The notes: generated from the sequence alone by a model not told the origin. A stretch of DNA of 64,000 nt from the human T2T-CHM13v2.0 reference genome, Homo sapiens (GCF_009914755.1 NC_060939.1), one strand, 5' to 3'. Shown: positions 11,991-25,628, numbered from the stretch's first letter. Made by a program: numbers and translations.

Positions 11991-14089
11991 GTATGTGCTG
12001 TCTTGTGTTCCTGGTATATACCGTGTCCGGGTGGTAACACCCTCCCTGCAGAGAAACCCACCTAAGTGCAGACTTGTGGCTTCACCCAAGGTAGATGTGC
12101 TAAGCCTGCTTCAGAGCTCTCTTTGCTCAAGTTATGCTCCAGCCAGATTCTTGCCTAGGTGCTCAGATGCAGCCATGTTGCACAGGAATGCTCTTCAGGC
12201 TGACTTTTGTTTGCATCGAACACGAATGAACATAAACTGGCCTGCTACCCATAAAACCATGAGATCAGTGGATTTGTTCTCTTTCTCCTCCCTGTTTCCT
12301 CCAGGGCACTTCTTCCCTTAATATCCCATCAGAAAGCACAGGATTTGCATTAGAGTTAACATTGGTACACAGTAGGTGCTTAATCCATATTTGTTGAGTG
12401 ACTGTGTAATCTCCTGTTTGATATCTAGCACTCATACTGATGTGTTATTACCTTCCCATTGACTTGCCTTGGATCTCAGATTGTGGGGTATAATATTATA
12501 AACCCCAATGAGTAGGTGAGGGTGATCTTCTTGATCTCTTTGGCTGATAGGTTTACCTTAAAAGTTAATCTGCTTCCTTGCTTAAGTCCTGGTAAGATCC
12601 TGAGGAATTTTATCAGAAGAGAAGTAGCTTGTTCTCATGTTCCTGTGTCCCTGGTGCTGCTGGCTACAGAGGGTGATAACTGAACATCATTGGTTTCTCA
12701 CACAAGACCTTTCTGAATATAGCCCCCAGTCTTTTCCTTTCTCTCTCCTTTACCCTTATTATCTTGTGACCCCTCTTCTGCGAGAAGAATTAGTTGCCGA
12801 AAATGTTAAGCCCATTCCCAGTAACCTCCTGCCTCTCCTACCTCTTAGTCGTTTGCCCCGCTAATGAAATCCTTTCATTTGCTAAAGCAAGTTCTGCTAT
12901 GTTTAGGACTCTCAGTGATTGAGGGAGGTTATTGTGTCCTCCTGCCGTATTAGTCTAAGGATAAGTGTCTTTTATGTTTATTCAGAAAATAAGTTGTGCT
13001 TCTGGAATTCTCTTGACCCTTCTGATTTTAATTCCATGCAATCTGTTGGCTATGATGTTTCTCCTGCCTTGATTGCATAAGGGTGGTGAAGGTGGGGATT
13101 GATACGTTAGGTCCCCCTAGAAATCAGGCCCTCCACATCCTGGAGATGGGCACCCCTTCCTTGAGAGTCTTGTTCTCCAGCCCGCACAGTCTCAGGAGGA
13201 GGCCAGTGTGTGCCTCATCCTTGGTGAAATCACACCCGCCATGTAATGTAGGATACAGTGTTTTGTATCCATTACCATATTTCTCGCTTCCATTGAGACC
13301 TACAGAAGTACTGGGAGCTTGTTGGCTTATGTTAGAGCCATCTGGCTGTGCGTGGTTGAGGTGATGCAGTAGAGGCCTGTAGACTTACCTTGGTGAGCAA
13401 AGCAAGGCCCAGAAACAGCACTGGGAAATCTGTTTCCCTGCCACCTCCCACTCCCACCCCCAGGTTTACAGCATTCCAGAGTAATCCACGCTAGAATGCA
13501 GATTGCAGAAGAGACAATAAAGGAGGGGTTTTAGGAAGGTTTGATGTAACTAGGAGTCAAGACATCTACTTTGTCAAGTATGTCCAGACTTTTCCAAGAA
13601 TAGCAAATATATTGGAGCAGTGTTGAATATATATTCACTTGGAATGACCCTTCTATCTTTAGAGAAATAGCACTTGTGTAATGGCACGTAGTAATCCGAA
13701 TTATTTATCTATGTTTCTCAGTTTTTTCTGTTCTAATATTGGAACCACTGAATTAGATACTTTTGGAAAAGCTGGGGTTTCTGTTTTCCTCCCCTGCTAC
13801 ATCCCTTCCCTGAGGCAGTGAAGATGGAAACAGATGACCACCTTCCTGTACAGGAGCAAGGCACAGGGGAAAATACAGGGAGGGGGCAAAACATAGTTAT
13901 ATTTCTCAACATATTTCCCCATGACATTGGAATCATGTACTATATCATTTTGTAAACTGTTTTCTTAAATTTAATCTGGGGATGGGGCACGAGGTAGATG
14001 TTAAATAAACAGCGTCTCAAGAGCACGAATACTATGAGGACCTAAAATAAATTGGTGGGGCAGGGAAGCCGGGGAGGTTGGTGCAGGTC

Positions 14090-14380
14090 ATTCCTGAGGA
14101 AGTTATTTAAGACATAAACACAGGCAGGAATCTGCCAGGAGAGGTGTAGAGGAATGAGTGCTCTGGGCAGAGGGAACAGTATGTGCAAAGGCCCCAAGGA
14201 AAGAAAGAGCTCAGTATGCTCAAGGAACTGGAGAGAAAGGAAATCAGTGTGTCATCAGATGAGATAGGAATGGGCAAGGGCCACGGTAAGCACTTGGACT
14301 TCATCCAGAGAGTCAGTGGGAAGTCATTGGAGGGTTTGAGCAATGAAGTGGTACATCAGATTTACATTTTAAAAAGATTA
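14090..14380 (-). mobile_element. L2 fragment
   Basis: ggcagagggaacagtatgtgcaaaggccc...gggaagtcattggagggtttgagc motifs. Confidence 0.65.
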
Positions 14381-14570
14381 CTCAAACACAGAAATGGGGA
14401 GAACAAAATGGAGACAATTAGATCAAGTATAAATCTTTTAAGAAAATTATTTAAAACTAGGGATCCAGCCCACCACAATTTCATTTGAGCATCCTCGATT
14501 TAAAGCCTGCCTCCATGTGAATCTGCAAATATCATCGTTTCCTTTTTATTGTTTATATGACACTAACAAC

Positions 14571-14872
14571 TTTTTTTTTTTTTTTTGAGACGGAGTTTCG
14601 CTCTTGTTGCCCAGGCTGGAGTGCAATGGCACAATCTTATGGCTCGCTGCAACTTCCACCTCCTGGGTTCAAGCGATTCTCCTGCCTCAGCCTCCTGAGT
14701 AGCTGGGGTCACAGGTGCCTGCCACCATGCCCAGATAATTTTTTGTATTTTTAGTAGAGATGGGGTTTCACCATGTTGGCTAGGCTGGTCTCAAACTCCT
14801 GACCTCAGGTGATCCACCTGCCTCGGCCTCCCAAAATGTTGGGATTACAGGCATAAGCCACCGCACCTGGCC
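14571..14872 (-). mobile_element. AluS (Sp/Sq-like), full length
   Basis: Poly-T, the 'tttcgctcttgttgccc' diagnostic, both arms, TSD-like actaacaac/accaacaac. Confidence 0.95.
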
Positions 14873-15060
14873 ACCAACAACATTCTTTATCAAAATAGTT
14901 GAATCCCTTTCTATATTTGTAGCCATGAATATCAGTTCACCTCTACTGTCTTTTCCAAAAATGCTCAGTGTCTCCTTCAGAAATACTGCTTTCCCAACCA
15001 TGGCCCCCATGCTCCAGTATTTTGCAGAGCAGTTTTAAGAGTTCTACAATCCATAAATCC

Positions 15061-15369
15061 TTTTCTTTCTTTCTTTCTTTTTTTTTTTTTGAGACGGAGT
15101 CTCACTCTGTTGCCCAGGCTGGAGTGCAATGGCACAGTCTCGGCCCACTGCAGCCTCTGCCTCCTGGGTTCAAGTGATTCTCCTGCCTGAGCTTCCTGAG
15201 TAGCTGAGACTACAGGCATATGCCACCACACCCAGCTAATTTTTGTATTTTTCGTAGAGATGGGATTTTGCCATGTTGGCCAGGCCGATCTCAAACTGAC
15301 CTCGAGTGATCCGCCCACCTCAGCCTCCCAAAGTGCTGGGATTACAGACGTGAGCCACCGCACCTGGCC
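15061..15369 (-). mobile_element. AluS, full length
   Basis: Both arms, TSD cataaatcctttt/catgaatcctttt. Confidence 0.95.
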
Positions 15370-15928
15370 CATGAATCCTTTTCTATGTACTGTTTTATTT
15401 AAAACAATGGATGAACCTGTTCACAACTTACACCTGCACTGTATCAGGTGTTTTGCTGTGCAACAATTTGAAAATCACTGCCCTAAGTCTCTTTTTGGTG
15501 AAAAGTAGCTAGTACTATTCTTATTAATGGCTTCACATTCTTTCAGAAATGTGCTAATAAATATATAATGAATAAAGGCTCTTGTTTTCTGTATATGAAA
15601 ACTGAAATTTAGGATTTTTAGGTAATTGATGACTTCTCCATGAGCATACACTAAATAAATTGCATACTACAACATAAAGCCCAAACATGGAGTATTTCTC
15701 ATGAGATGTCATCTAGTCCAAATTCTGCCTTTTCTGGATGGCCAAATGGAGGCTGTGGGAGCCCACATATTATGCTACTAGTAGAGCTGGTCTCCTGATT
15801 TCCAGTCCCTCCACTAGCCATCCCCTTTGTCTACTCTAGCCAGTACTCTCTTTCTAGAAAGATGACTAAAAAAAAATGGTTTCGAATTTACACAGACTTA
15901 AAATTGTGACTACAATTTGGCTGTGTGA

Positions 15929-16269
<341 letters not shown>

Positions 16270-17147
16270 AGCTATGATATATTGCTAGCCATTAACAAAG
16301 AAGAGTAAAAAGAAGAAAATACAACCCAATATGTTGGGGTATATTTTATTTCTAGATTTAAATCTTACTGCAGATTGACATGAAGCTAGTCTTCACCAGA
16401 GTTCTGTCCTGTTTCTAGCCAAGTAACAACTAAAACAGAGAAAACGAAAATGATAACAACATGAAAGGCACTTCAAATGAGAATGATTTGCATATCACAG
16501 GATGAAAAGAGAGGCCCTAAGAACACTGATGAAACTCTCAGTTTTATTTTTGTGAAAATAACTGTTCCACTCTTGCTCTGGAAGTGAAGGTAGCCATAAT
16601 GTGTCATCATATAATTTTTTCAGAAAAGAAAGCCAAAATATGAAACAATTTACAATTCATTCTCTGCCATTCTAAGAATTAGTGCATAAAGTTGGCATTA
16701 CAACCACAATTATGTTCAAGATAAGATAACTTGATTTTATAATTTTTAATTTAAATTTTCAAGACTAAATCAAACATTTTCCCCCACTTTATCATGAAAC
16801 CTGAGTTTCTTTTTTGAGTGGAATCACATAAAGTGGCCTTTTATGGTTTTTGTTCTCTGATAATATGAACTTGAGATTCTTGACCATTTACTTTTCAGTA
16901 CTTGATGAATTTGTCCTAATCATGTGTAACTGCCACTGCCTTAATTCAGATATGTTTTACCTGAACTGTTTCACAAGTTTCTAAATGAACTCTTGACTCT
17001 CTTGTTTCCTGCTCTGATCCATGTGCACACACGACTATGAAAGATCTTTATCTTTCTAAGTTGCAAAATGACTGTGTGTGCCTCTGCATGAAACCTTCAA
17101 CAACACTCCTTTATCTATGGATTAAAACCCACATTCTCTACTTTGGC

Positions 17148-17573
17148 ATGTGTTTCTTTTGCCGGGGCTGCCATAACAAAGCACCAGAAACAGAGTGGCT
17201 TAAAGAACAGAAATTTATCATCTCCCAGATCTGGAGACCAGAAGTCCAAAATTAAGGTGTCCGCGGCGTTGATTCTTTCTTAGAGCTGTGAGAGAGCCTT
17301 GGTTCCATGGCTTTCTCCTGGCAGGTAACCTCTGGCATTCTTTGGCTTGTGAATGGCATTGTCCCTGTGATTTCATATTGTTTTCCTTCTCTGTGTCTTT
17401 GTGTCCACACTTCTCCTTTTCATAAGGACATCACTTATATTGGAGTAGGGCCTACTCTAATGACCTCCTCTTGATCATCTGCAAAGAACTTATTTCCGAA
17501 TAAGGTCACAGTCACAAGTACTGGGGGTTATAACTTCCACATCTTTTGTGGGAAGGCAATTCAACCTATAACA
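17148..17573 (-). mobile_element. MLT1 (MaLR) solo LTR
   Basis: ggctgccataacaaa...tggcttaaa...agaagtccaaaattaaggtgtc; the end caattcaacctataaca is the reverse complement of the MLT1 start tgttataggttgaattg. Confidence 0.85.
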
Positions 17574-17635
17574 GCATATAAATGCCTTTGTGACCCTGGA
17601 TCCAACTCTTAAACCACATCTCCTGTCACCTCTAC

Positions 17636-17760
17636 CACACACACACACACACACACAGAGAGAGACAGAGAGAGACAGAGAGACAGAGACAGACACACAC
17701 ACACACACAGAGACAGAGAGAGACAGAGAGACAGAGACAGACACACACACACACACACAC
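17636..17760. repeat. Compound (CA)n/(CAGAGA)n microsatellite with a duplicated higher-order unit
   Basis: Directly visible. Confidence 0.95.
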
Positions 17761-19073
17761 TCAGACTCACCCTAAGGAACTTGCTCAGCAGCCACAGTAA
17801 ATTATGCACCATGACCCACACTCCTGCTCATTCATGCCATTTGGACCTTTGCACACACTATGCCCTCTGCCTCTTAGAGACCTTCGCTACTATGACATTA
17901 GTTAATTCTCTCCCATAAAAGTAATCATTGGCTCACTTCTCACTGGTAAAATGAAGTTCAACAGAATGTGAGATAGGATCCTTACCTGAGACACTTGATA
18001 GCAAGGAACTCTCAAAAGTCAAAAGAAAATTGGAAATGGATCAGGGACATGGGATAAAGCCTCAGTTCCACGTCTCTCAAGGAATTTCAGGTGAGTTCCT
18101 TAGCTCTCTGGACCCTGTTTCTTAATATGAATAATGAAGAAAGGTGTTGGACTTTATGATCACCGAGGTCCCCTAAGCTCCAGTCTTTCATTTTTGAGTA
18201 GTGCTTTCAGGTTGCATTTTTCACTCATGTCTTCAAATTATGTCTAGTCCTTTTGTAACAATCCTTATGTCCATACCTGAGTAGTGTGACGTGCTTGGGG
18301 TTTTAGTTCTAAGGATGACAGCCTTGGTTTGACCTGCCCAGGAGGTCAAGGCAGGGTTGAGTTTAGTCAGTGCTCTTCCATTGCCCACCAAACCAGAACA
18401 AGATTTAGCAACAAATCTAGAAATTGTTTCTTAAATTTACTGAAGAAAGCTTACTGGTTTATTCATGCATCAGCCTGTGTACTGTATCCCCTTTCTCTCA
18501 TCACTGTGCCTCAGCAAGAGTTCTTACACATTCTCTTCCTCAGCAATCTCTTGCCCACAGAGCTTCCAAGCTAGGAATAATAGAGCAGACAACATGTCTT
18601 GGCCACTTTGCAAAATTAAGAGTCTGTTTTTATGTGAAAGGAAATACTATTCCTCATTTCAAAGTTGCAAATTTAATAAACTTTTCAAAGGTTGAGAGTT
18701 ATATTGGAAAAAAACCAGCAGAGACAAAGATTTGATGCCAAAATAAAGGTAAGTTTACAAAAATGTTTTAGGTTCTAGAAACTAGTGGTGTAGGAATAAC
18801 AGGAACAGTGTGTTGCATAATATTTTCCATACAAATATTTACTGACTCCAAGGGCAATAGCAGTAAAATATTACCCCAGGGTGAAACTTACCACTGAGAT
18901 TGGGTTGAACAGCCAGTGGATCTTTATTTACCCAAAGGCAAATGTATTTGATGTATTAGCCTGGGCTCTCCAAGGTGGGGTGTTGGATGTTTATTTGCTT
19001 TTATGGGGTTACTCCCCCTGATCTATCCTATAACTGCTGAGTGCCTGCTATTTATGGAGTTTGCTTTTTCCAG

Positions 19074-19330
19074 GAGAGAGCCAGCAGCTTGTAGAAGCAT
19101 GCCGGGTTACATAATGGTCCTGCTAGTCTGAGGAGAGCCTTCTTCTCTAACAGGATTCAACACTGCTAGGGAAGAAAGGAGGAAAGCAAGAGGCAATAGT
19201 GATGTGTTTCTGTACCAGCTTGTTACCTATTTCTTGATATAAAAAACAATTCTTTATTGAGTTCATTGTCTGTGAATAAGAAATTGTTGCCCATTTCTTA
19301 AATAAAAACAGCTCCATCTCCAGTTCCTTG
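19074..19330 (+). other. ADAMTSL3: Candidate alternative terminal exon in intron 17 (adds REPAACRSMPGYIMVLLV*)
   Basis: Acceptor tttgctttttcCAG|G, phase-2 compatible with exon 17, TGA at 19129-19131, AATAAA at 19301-19306. Prediction from motifs only. Confidence 0.5.
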
Positions 19331-19799
19331 TGACTATAATTGATTTATCTAGCTATACACTTGCTCAAAAGATGATCATCCTGAAGTCACATCAATAAAC
19401 TTACAAATTTAAGCTGAATTGTTTTAATCATGAAACAGAAACCTTCTGATTATTTAGCTATGTAGTCCAATTGTCATCCAAATATGACCCATGTATCTAC
19501 TTTCTGTGACTTCACTCACATTCAAAACTTCTGGAATTTAGATATTATCAATTATAGTCTAAGTAATTGATAGACTTCCAATTAAGATGGTGTTGTAACA
19601 TCATATTCTGTTCCAAATACAGATCAATGGTAGATGCAGTATAAAAGGGGGCCTATCAAAGACACAAGTAAGAAAACAACTACCTGGGCTAGGAAAGGAA
19701 TGGAAACATGAGGTGGTGAATGGAGCTGCACTTGTGGTTATTTGGAGCTTGAGGTCCCAAAGCAATTGTAGCAAATGACAGTTCAGTTTCTAAGATAAA

Positions 19800-21263
19800 A
19801 GAAAAATAGTTGATGATTTGGGGAAAGGGAAGAAAATTAAGAAATATGGAAGTAACGTCAGAGAATGAAGATATGAAGTAAACTGTTTACTAAAACTTAG
19901 GAAAAAATATCCACTCCTAGTATCAAGAGAAACAAATGAAAATAAATCCCTACATAGATATGAAATAGTGAAACTACAGAAAATCAGGGACGATAAGAAA
20001 ATCTTAAAAGCTACCACTCATGAAAAACAGATTAACTACAAACAACTTATCAACAACTGGAGTTTCTGGAAGACAAAGGAATAATATCTTCAGAATACTG
20101 AGGGAATATCATGATCACCATAGAGCTAAACTTGCTGAACTATTATTTCAAGTATGTGACTGTATACATCAGTTTCTAACCACATGATGGACTTGATATC
20201 CTTAAAGGCTTTTTGCTAAATACCTCTAAAATACTGGGTAAAATATGTAAAACATATCTTGAAATGCAGAACTAAGCTTGTAAGAAAGTAAGAGAAATCC
20301 TCAGAAGACAAAAACAAGCTGAAGCATTGCCTTAGTGGGGACAGTTGTCAGTCTCAGTAACCTACACTTTTTGGCTTTAAGATCTTTTGCCTGATAGACA
20401 AGTCCTTAGACCTTCAGAAAGTAAGGAATAGAATGGAGATTCCCCATACAAAGCCAGGGTCTACCTCAATGGAAAGGCAAATTCAAAAAATGAAATCCAT
20501 CCTGTAAAGAGAGATTGCAAGGAGAACTATCTGTCTCAGGTCTGCCTCTGAATGGAAGGAATCAGAAAGGCTCCCCTGAGAATCTAAGAGCTACAAGTAG
20601 CCCTTTATGTAGGAGTAGGGTTTATATTCACTCTATGTGATCCAAAAAATTAATTCATACTGGTCTTGATAGAGGTGATGTAAATCCTGCAAGGAGGAAT
20701 GTATCTTCTACCCAGACCTTAAAATTCCCACAAAGACATAATGAGCATTAGCTCATAATCAAAATTTTTTAAAAACACATGAAGAAACAATGTGTGAGAG
20801 TCAGTGGGGGAAAAAACAGAATCAGATACACAGAGCATCGTAAATTGGAATTATCAGGTACAGAATATAAACGTATTTATTTAAAATGTTTACATATATA
20901 AAACAGGAAATTAAAAATCTACGCTATGAACAATAAACTATCAAAAATACTTGGAAGATTGTTTAGAAGAACCAATTATCACATTGAACCATCTGAAACT
21001 TTCTATTTGGTCAAAAATGGTCAAATATTGGCAGTTTATATGGTTCCACTAATAGAATATCTAGAAGTTAAAAATACAGTGATTGAAATTCAAAAGTTAT
21101 GTGCTGGAGTAAACAGGTAAAATGGAAGAGAGAGCTGAAAAAATTACCCAGAATAAAGCATGGAGAATACATAAAATATGTAAAATATCCACAAAAGGTA
21201 GATACAGAGGAAATATTGAGAAGGTTTATCATATATAAAAATGGAGTTTCAAAAAGAAAACAA
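19800..21263 (+). mobile_element. Highly diverged old L1 (L1M) 5'/ORF1-region fragments
   Basis: A-rich sequence with motifs such as atagtgaaactacagaaaatcagg..aaaatcttaaaagc and ggaataatatcttcagaatactgaggg. Boundaries are approximate. Confidence 0.55.
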
Positions 21264-21264
21264 G

Positions 21265-22563
21265 AGGTGGCATTTTTCCCCTGCTCTACAGGTCTGTGGA
21301 ACTTTAAACCAGAGGGGGTGATATAGGATATCTTGCAGAAGAAATTTCTAAGAAGCAAAGCATTCAAGAGGTAACTTGGGTGCCTTAAAAAGCATTTAGT
21401 TTTATGCATTCACAAAGAGATGATTTGGAATTGGAACTTATGTTTAAAAGGGAAGCAAAGCATAAAAGTTTAGAAAATTTGCAGCCTGACAATGCAATAG
21501 AAAAGAAAAACCCATTTTCTGAGGAGAAATTCAAGCCTGCTGCAAAAATTTGTATAAGTAACAAGGAGCCAAATGTTAATTGCCAAGACAATGGGGGAAA
21601 TGTCTCCAGGGCACGTCAGTGGTTTTCATGGCAGCCCCTCCCATCACAGGCCCAGAGGCCTAGGAGGAAAGGATGGTTTCATGCTCTAGTCCCAGGGCCT
21701 TTGCTGCTTTGTGCAGTCTCAGGACTTGGTGCCCTGCATCCCAGGCATGGCTAAAATGAGCCAACATACAGCTCAGTCCATTGCTTCAGAGGGTGCAAGC
21801 CCCAAGCCTTGGTGGCTTCCACGTGGTGTTGGGCCTGCAGGTGCACAGAAGCAAAAATCGAGGTTTGGGAGCCTTTGCCTAGATTTCAGAGGATGTCCAG
21901 GCAGAAGTTTGCTGTAAGGGTGGAGCCTTCATGGAGAACCTCTGCTGGGGCAATACAGAAGGGAAATGTGGGGTCAGAATCCCTACACAGAGTCCCCACT
22001 GGGACACTGCCTAGTGGAGCTGTGAGAAGAGGGCCACTATCCTCCAGACACCAGAATGGTAGATCCACTGACAGCTTGCACTGTGTTCCTGAAAAAGCTG
22101 CAGACAACGTCAGCCCATGAAAGCAGCTGGGAGGGGGGGCTGTACCCTGCAAAGCCACAAGGGCGGAGCTTTCCAAGACCATGGGAGCCCATCTCTTGCA
22201 TCAGTGTGACCTGTATGCGACACACGAAGTTAAAAGGAGATCATTTCAGAGCTTTCAGATTTTACTGCCCAGCTAAATTTTCGACTTGCATGGGCCCTGT
22301 AGCCCCTTCATTTGGGCCAATTTCTCCCATTTGGAATGGATGTATTTACACAATGCCTGTACCCCCATTATATCTAGGAAGTAACTAACTTGATTTTCAT
22401 TTTACAGGCTTATAGGCAGAGGGGACTTGCCTTGTCTCAGATGAGACTTTGGACTTGGACTTTTAGGCCAATGCTGGAATGAATTAAAGCTTTGGGGACT
22501 GTGGGAAGGCATGATTGGTTTTGAAATGTGAAATGCACATGAGATTTGCGAGAGGGGATGAAA
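21265..22563 (+). mobile_element. THE1/MST-int (MaLR internal sequence), 5'-truncated
   Basis: Characteristic 'gaagaaatttctaagaagcaaagcattcaagagg', 'ttttctgaggagaaattcaagcc' and 'gtctcagatgagactttggac', with a purine tract before the LTR. Confidence 0.9.
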
Positions 22564-22664
22564 TGATATGGTTAGGCTTTGTGTCCCCACCGAAATATCA
22601 TCTTAAATTGTAATCCCCATAATCCCCATGTGTCAAGGGAGAGACCAGGTGGAGATAATTGAAT
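22564..22664 (+). mobile_element. First ~100 bp of a THE1D-like 3' LTR
   Basis: tgatatggttaggctttgtgtccccacc...tcaagggagagaccaggtgga, then abrupt truncation. Confidence 0.85.
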
Positions 22665-22760
22665 GCAGTAATGAAAATTAAACTCCTTTCTCCAGAACTT
22701 AATAAGTAAAATAATTCATCCAAAAATACCCCCAAAAATTTGCTAAGAAAAGAGAATCAC

Positions 22761-23160
22761 ATCAACAAATGATTGGATAAAGAAAATATGGTATATGTAC
22801 ACAATGGAATACTATTCAGCCATAAAAAAGAATGAAATCTTGTCTTTTGCAGCAACATGGATGCAACTGGAGGCCATTATCTTAAGTGAAATAACTCAGA
22901 AGTCGAAAGTCAAATTTCACATGTTCTCACTTACAGGTGGGAGCTAAATAATGTGAACCCATGAACATAGAGTGTGGAATAGAATTTGGAGACTCAGACA
23001 GGTGGGAAGAGGGTAAAGAATGAGAAATTACCTAATAGGTACAATGTACATTATTCTGGTGTTGGTTGCAGGGAAAGTCCAGACTTTATCACTTTGCAAT
23101 ATATCCATGTAATGAAATTGCACTTGTACCCCTTACATTTCTACAAATTCAATTTTGAAA
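22761..23160 (+). mobile_element. 5'-truncated L1PB/L1MA 3' end
   Basis: L1 ORF2 end plus 3'UTR, flanked by TSD aagaaaagagaatcac (22745-22760) / aagaagagagaatcat (23161-23176). Confidence 0.85.
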
Positions 23161-23419
23161 AAGAAGAGAGAATCATATTAAATTCTCCCACTTTTTAAGT
23201 AAAAAAATAGCGGTAATACCCAGTGGTGACAGATTCAGAAAAAAGTTAGGAAATGTTCTTGTAGATAAGCGTCTGTCATTCTGATGGATCATGACTAGTG
23301 CATTCACTTGTGATTCCTTTGCCTTTAAAAAATAATGATATTAAAAGAAAAAATAAGTGCCTTATACTGTGAAAAATGATAAAAAGGACTTCATGATTCT
23401 AAAAAGAAGAAAGAGACTT

Positions 23420-24480
23420 ATCAAAGAGATAATAAGAGGGAATATTTCAGAATTAATGAAAAAATATGAAACCTAAGAATTGGGAGTCACAGCAAATCCC
23501 AAACAGGGGAAAAAAAATACACACTCAGATACATTGTTGTTAAACTTTAGAACTCTAAAGACAAAGAAAATCTCAAAGTCAGAGATATAGAAAAGATCCA
23601 GGAAAGGAACAATAACAAAAACTGCCATTTTTCCTCATGAGAAATAATGAAGCATTATCTTCAAATGGCTCAGAAAAAAAATTCACTGTCAGCCTAGAAT
23701 TGTATACTTATTAAAACAACATTTTAGAGATGAAATAGGGATATTTTCAGATTGTAATAGTATCTCCTTATGCAGCAGGTGTCAACAAAGTAGTCTTATA
23801 GTAAGGTTATATGACAATTAAATGAGTTAATACATATACTTTAAAAAGAGCTTGGCACATCATAGGTAATCAATAAATATTTACTAATATTATGTTAAGT
23901 ATTCTAGGTGAACAAAACCAGGAAATTGCACTATCAGCAAATTTTCACTAAAGACAATTTTAAAGAATGTATTCATTAAGAAGGAAAATGATCCCAGAAG
24001 GAAGGTCTGAGATATAAGAATGAATGATGACCGAAGTATATTGTAAAGATATTTAATCTAAAAAAGTTTATTGACTATGGAAATCAATAATAGTTTCTGA
24101 TTTATCAATTTGAAAAAAGAAATATTGTCCAACAAAACCTTGTAAAACTCAGAGAGATTGATTAATTAAAGTGCTTTAGGCCCTTATACCATTTGTTAAG
24201 ATGGAAATGATTTTGGTTAAGTCTAGAGTTGTTAAATAGGGCCTTTAAAATTCTAAGGGTAAACCTAAAAATAAAATATAACAGAGGGGAAAACAGAATA
24301 AAAACTATAACAAGCAAAATAAATGCTCACAAAAACACAGGAAATAATTAGAATGAGAAGAATGGAAAAGTCAGGAAAAACAGAATTCTTAACAATAGTA
24401 ACAGATGAAAGTAGTTCAAGATAGCTGAGAAATCCTTTCATCTTGATCAATAAAAGGATAGACATACTGAACAACTGTAG
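23420..24480 (+). mobile_element. Old L1M ORF1/inter-ORF fragments interrupted by a MIR (~23760-23890)
   Basis: Degenerate L1 motifs (gcctagaattgtatac, gaaggaaaatgatcccagaaggaaggtctgagat). Confidence 0.55.
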
Positions 24481-24507
24481 ACTTTTGTTATAAACATTTA
24501 TAGTTAT

Positions 24508-25628
24508 GCTATAAAAACCCTGGAAGATAACCTAGGAAATAACATTCTATACATAGGACCTGGCAAAGATTTCATGACAAAGATGCCAAAAGCAATTGTG
24601 ACAAAAACAAAAATTGACAAATGAGACGTAATTAAACTAAAGAGCTTCTGCACAGCAAAAGAAACTATCAACAGAGTAAATAGCCAACCTACAGAATCAG
24701 AGAAAATATTAGCAAACTATGCATCCAGTGAAAGCTCAATATCTAGAATCTGTAAGAAACTTAAACAAATTCAGCAAAAAACCAAAAATCCCTTTAAAAA
24801 GTGGGCAAATGATGTGAACAGACACTTTCCAAAAGAAGACCTCCATGTGGCCAACAAGCATATGAAAACATGCTCAACATCACTAATCACTAGAGAAATG
24901 CAAATCAAAACCATAGCGAGATACCATCTCTCACCAGTCAGATGGCTATTATTAAAAAGTCAAAAAATTACAGATGCTGGTGAGGTTGCAGAGAAAAGAG
25001 AACATTTATACGCTGCTGGTGGGAATGTAAATTAATTCAGCTATTGTGGAAAGCAGTGTGGCAATTTCTCAAAGAACTTAAAAAAATTACCGTTTGACCC
25101 AGCAATTTCATTATTGGGTATATATCCCAAGAATTATAAATCATTCTACCATAAAGACACATGCACACGTATGTTCACCGCAGCACTATTCACAATAGCA
25201 AAGACATGAAATCAACGTAAATACGCATCAACAGTAGACTGGATTTAAAAAAATGTACATATACACCATGGAATATTATGCAGCCATAGAAAAAGAATGA
25301 GATCGTGTCCTTTGCAGCAACATGAATGGAACTAGAGATCATTACCTTAAGTGAACTAATGCAGGAACAGAAAACCAAATACCACGTGTCCTCATTTATA
25401 AGTAGAAGCTAAATATTGAGAATACATCAACACAAAGAAGGGAACAACAGACATCAGGGTCTACTTGAGGGTGGAAGGTTGGAGAAGGGAGAGGATTGAA
25501 AAAGTACCTACCAGGTACTATGCTTATTTATATGGGTGATGAAATAATCTGTACACCAAATGCCCATGACATGCAATTTACCTATATAACAAATCTGCAC
25601 ATGTACCTAAAATAAAATGTTTAAAAAT
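24508..25628 (+). mobile_element. 5'-truncated old L1PA (about PA15-16) 3' end
   Basis: ORF2 C-terminal homology ([18 protein letters not shown]...) plus 3'UTR and an A-rich end. Confidence 0.9.

Noticed and set aside
11991-12321. Exon 17 frame stays open for ~110 codons into the intron (146-aa ORF)
   Set aside because: The donor CAG|GTATGT is good, the extension has no recognisable domain, and I saw no canonical poly(A) signal just after it. Most likely chance.
14557-15508. Alu-derived ORFs (also 27726, 57149, 59339, 63017)
   Set aside because: Typical Alu translation artefacts.
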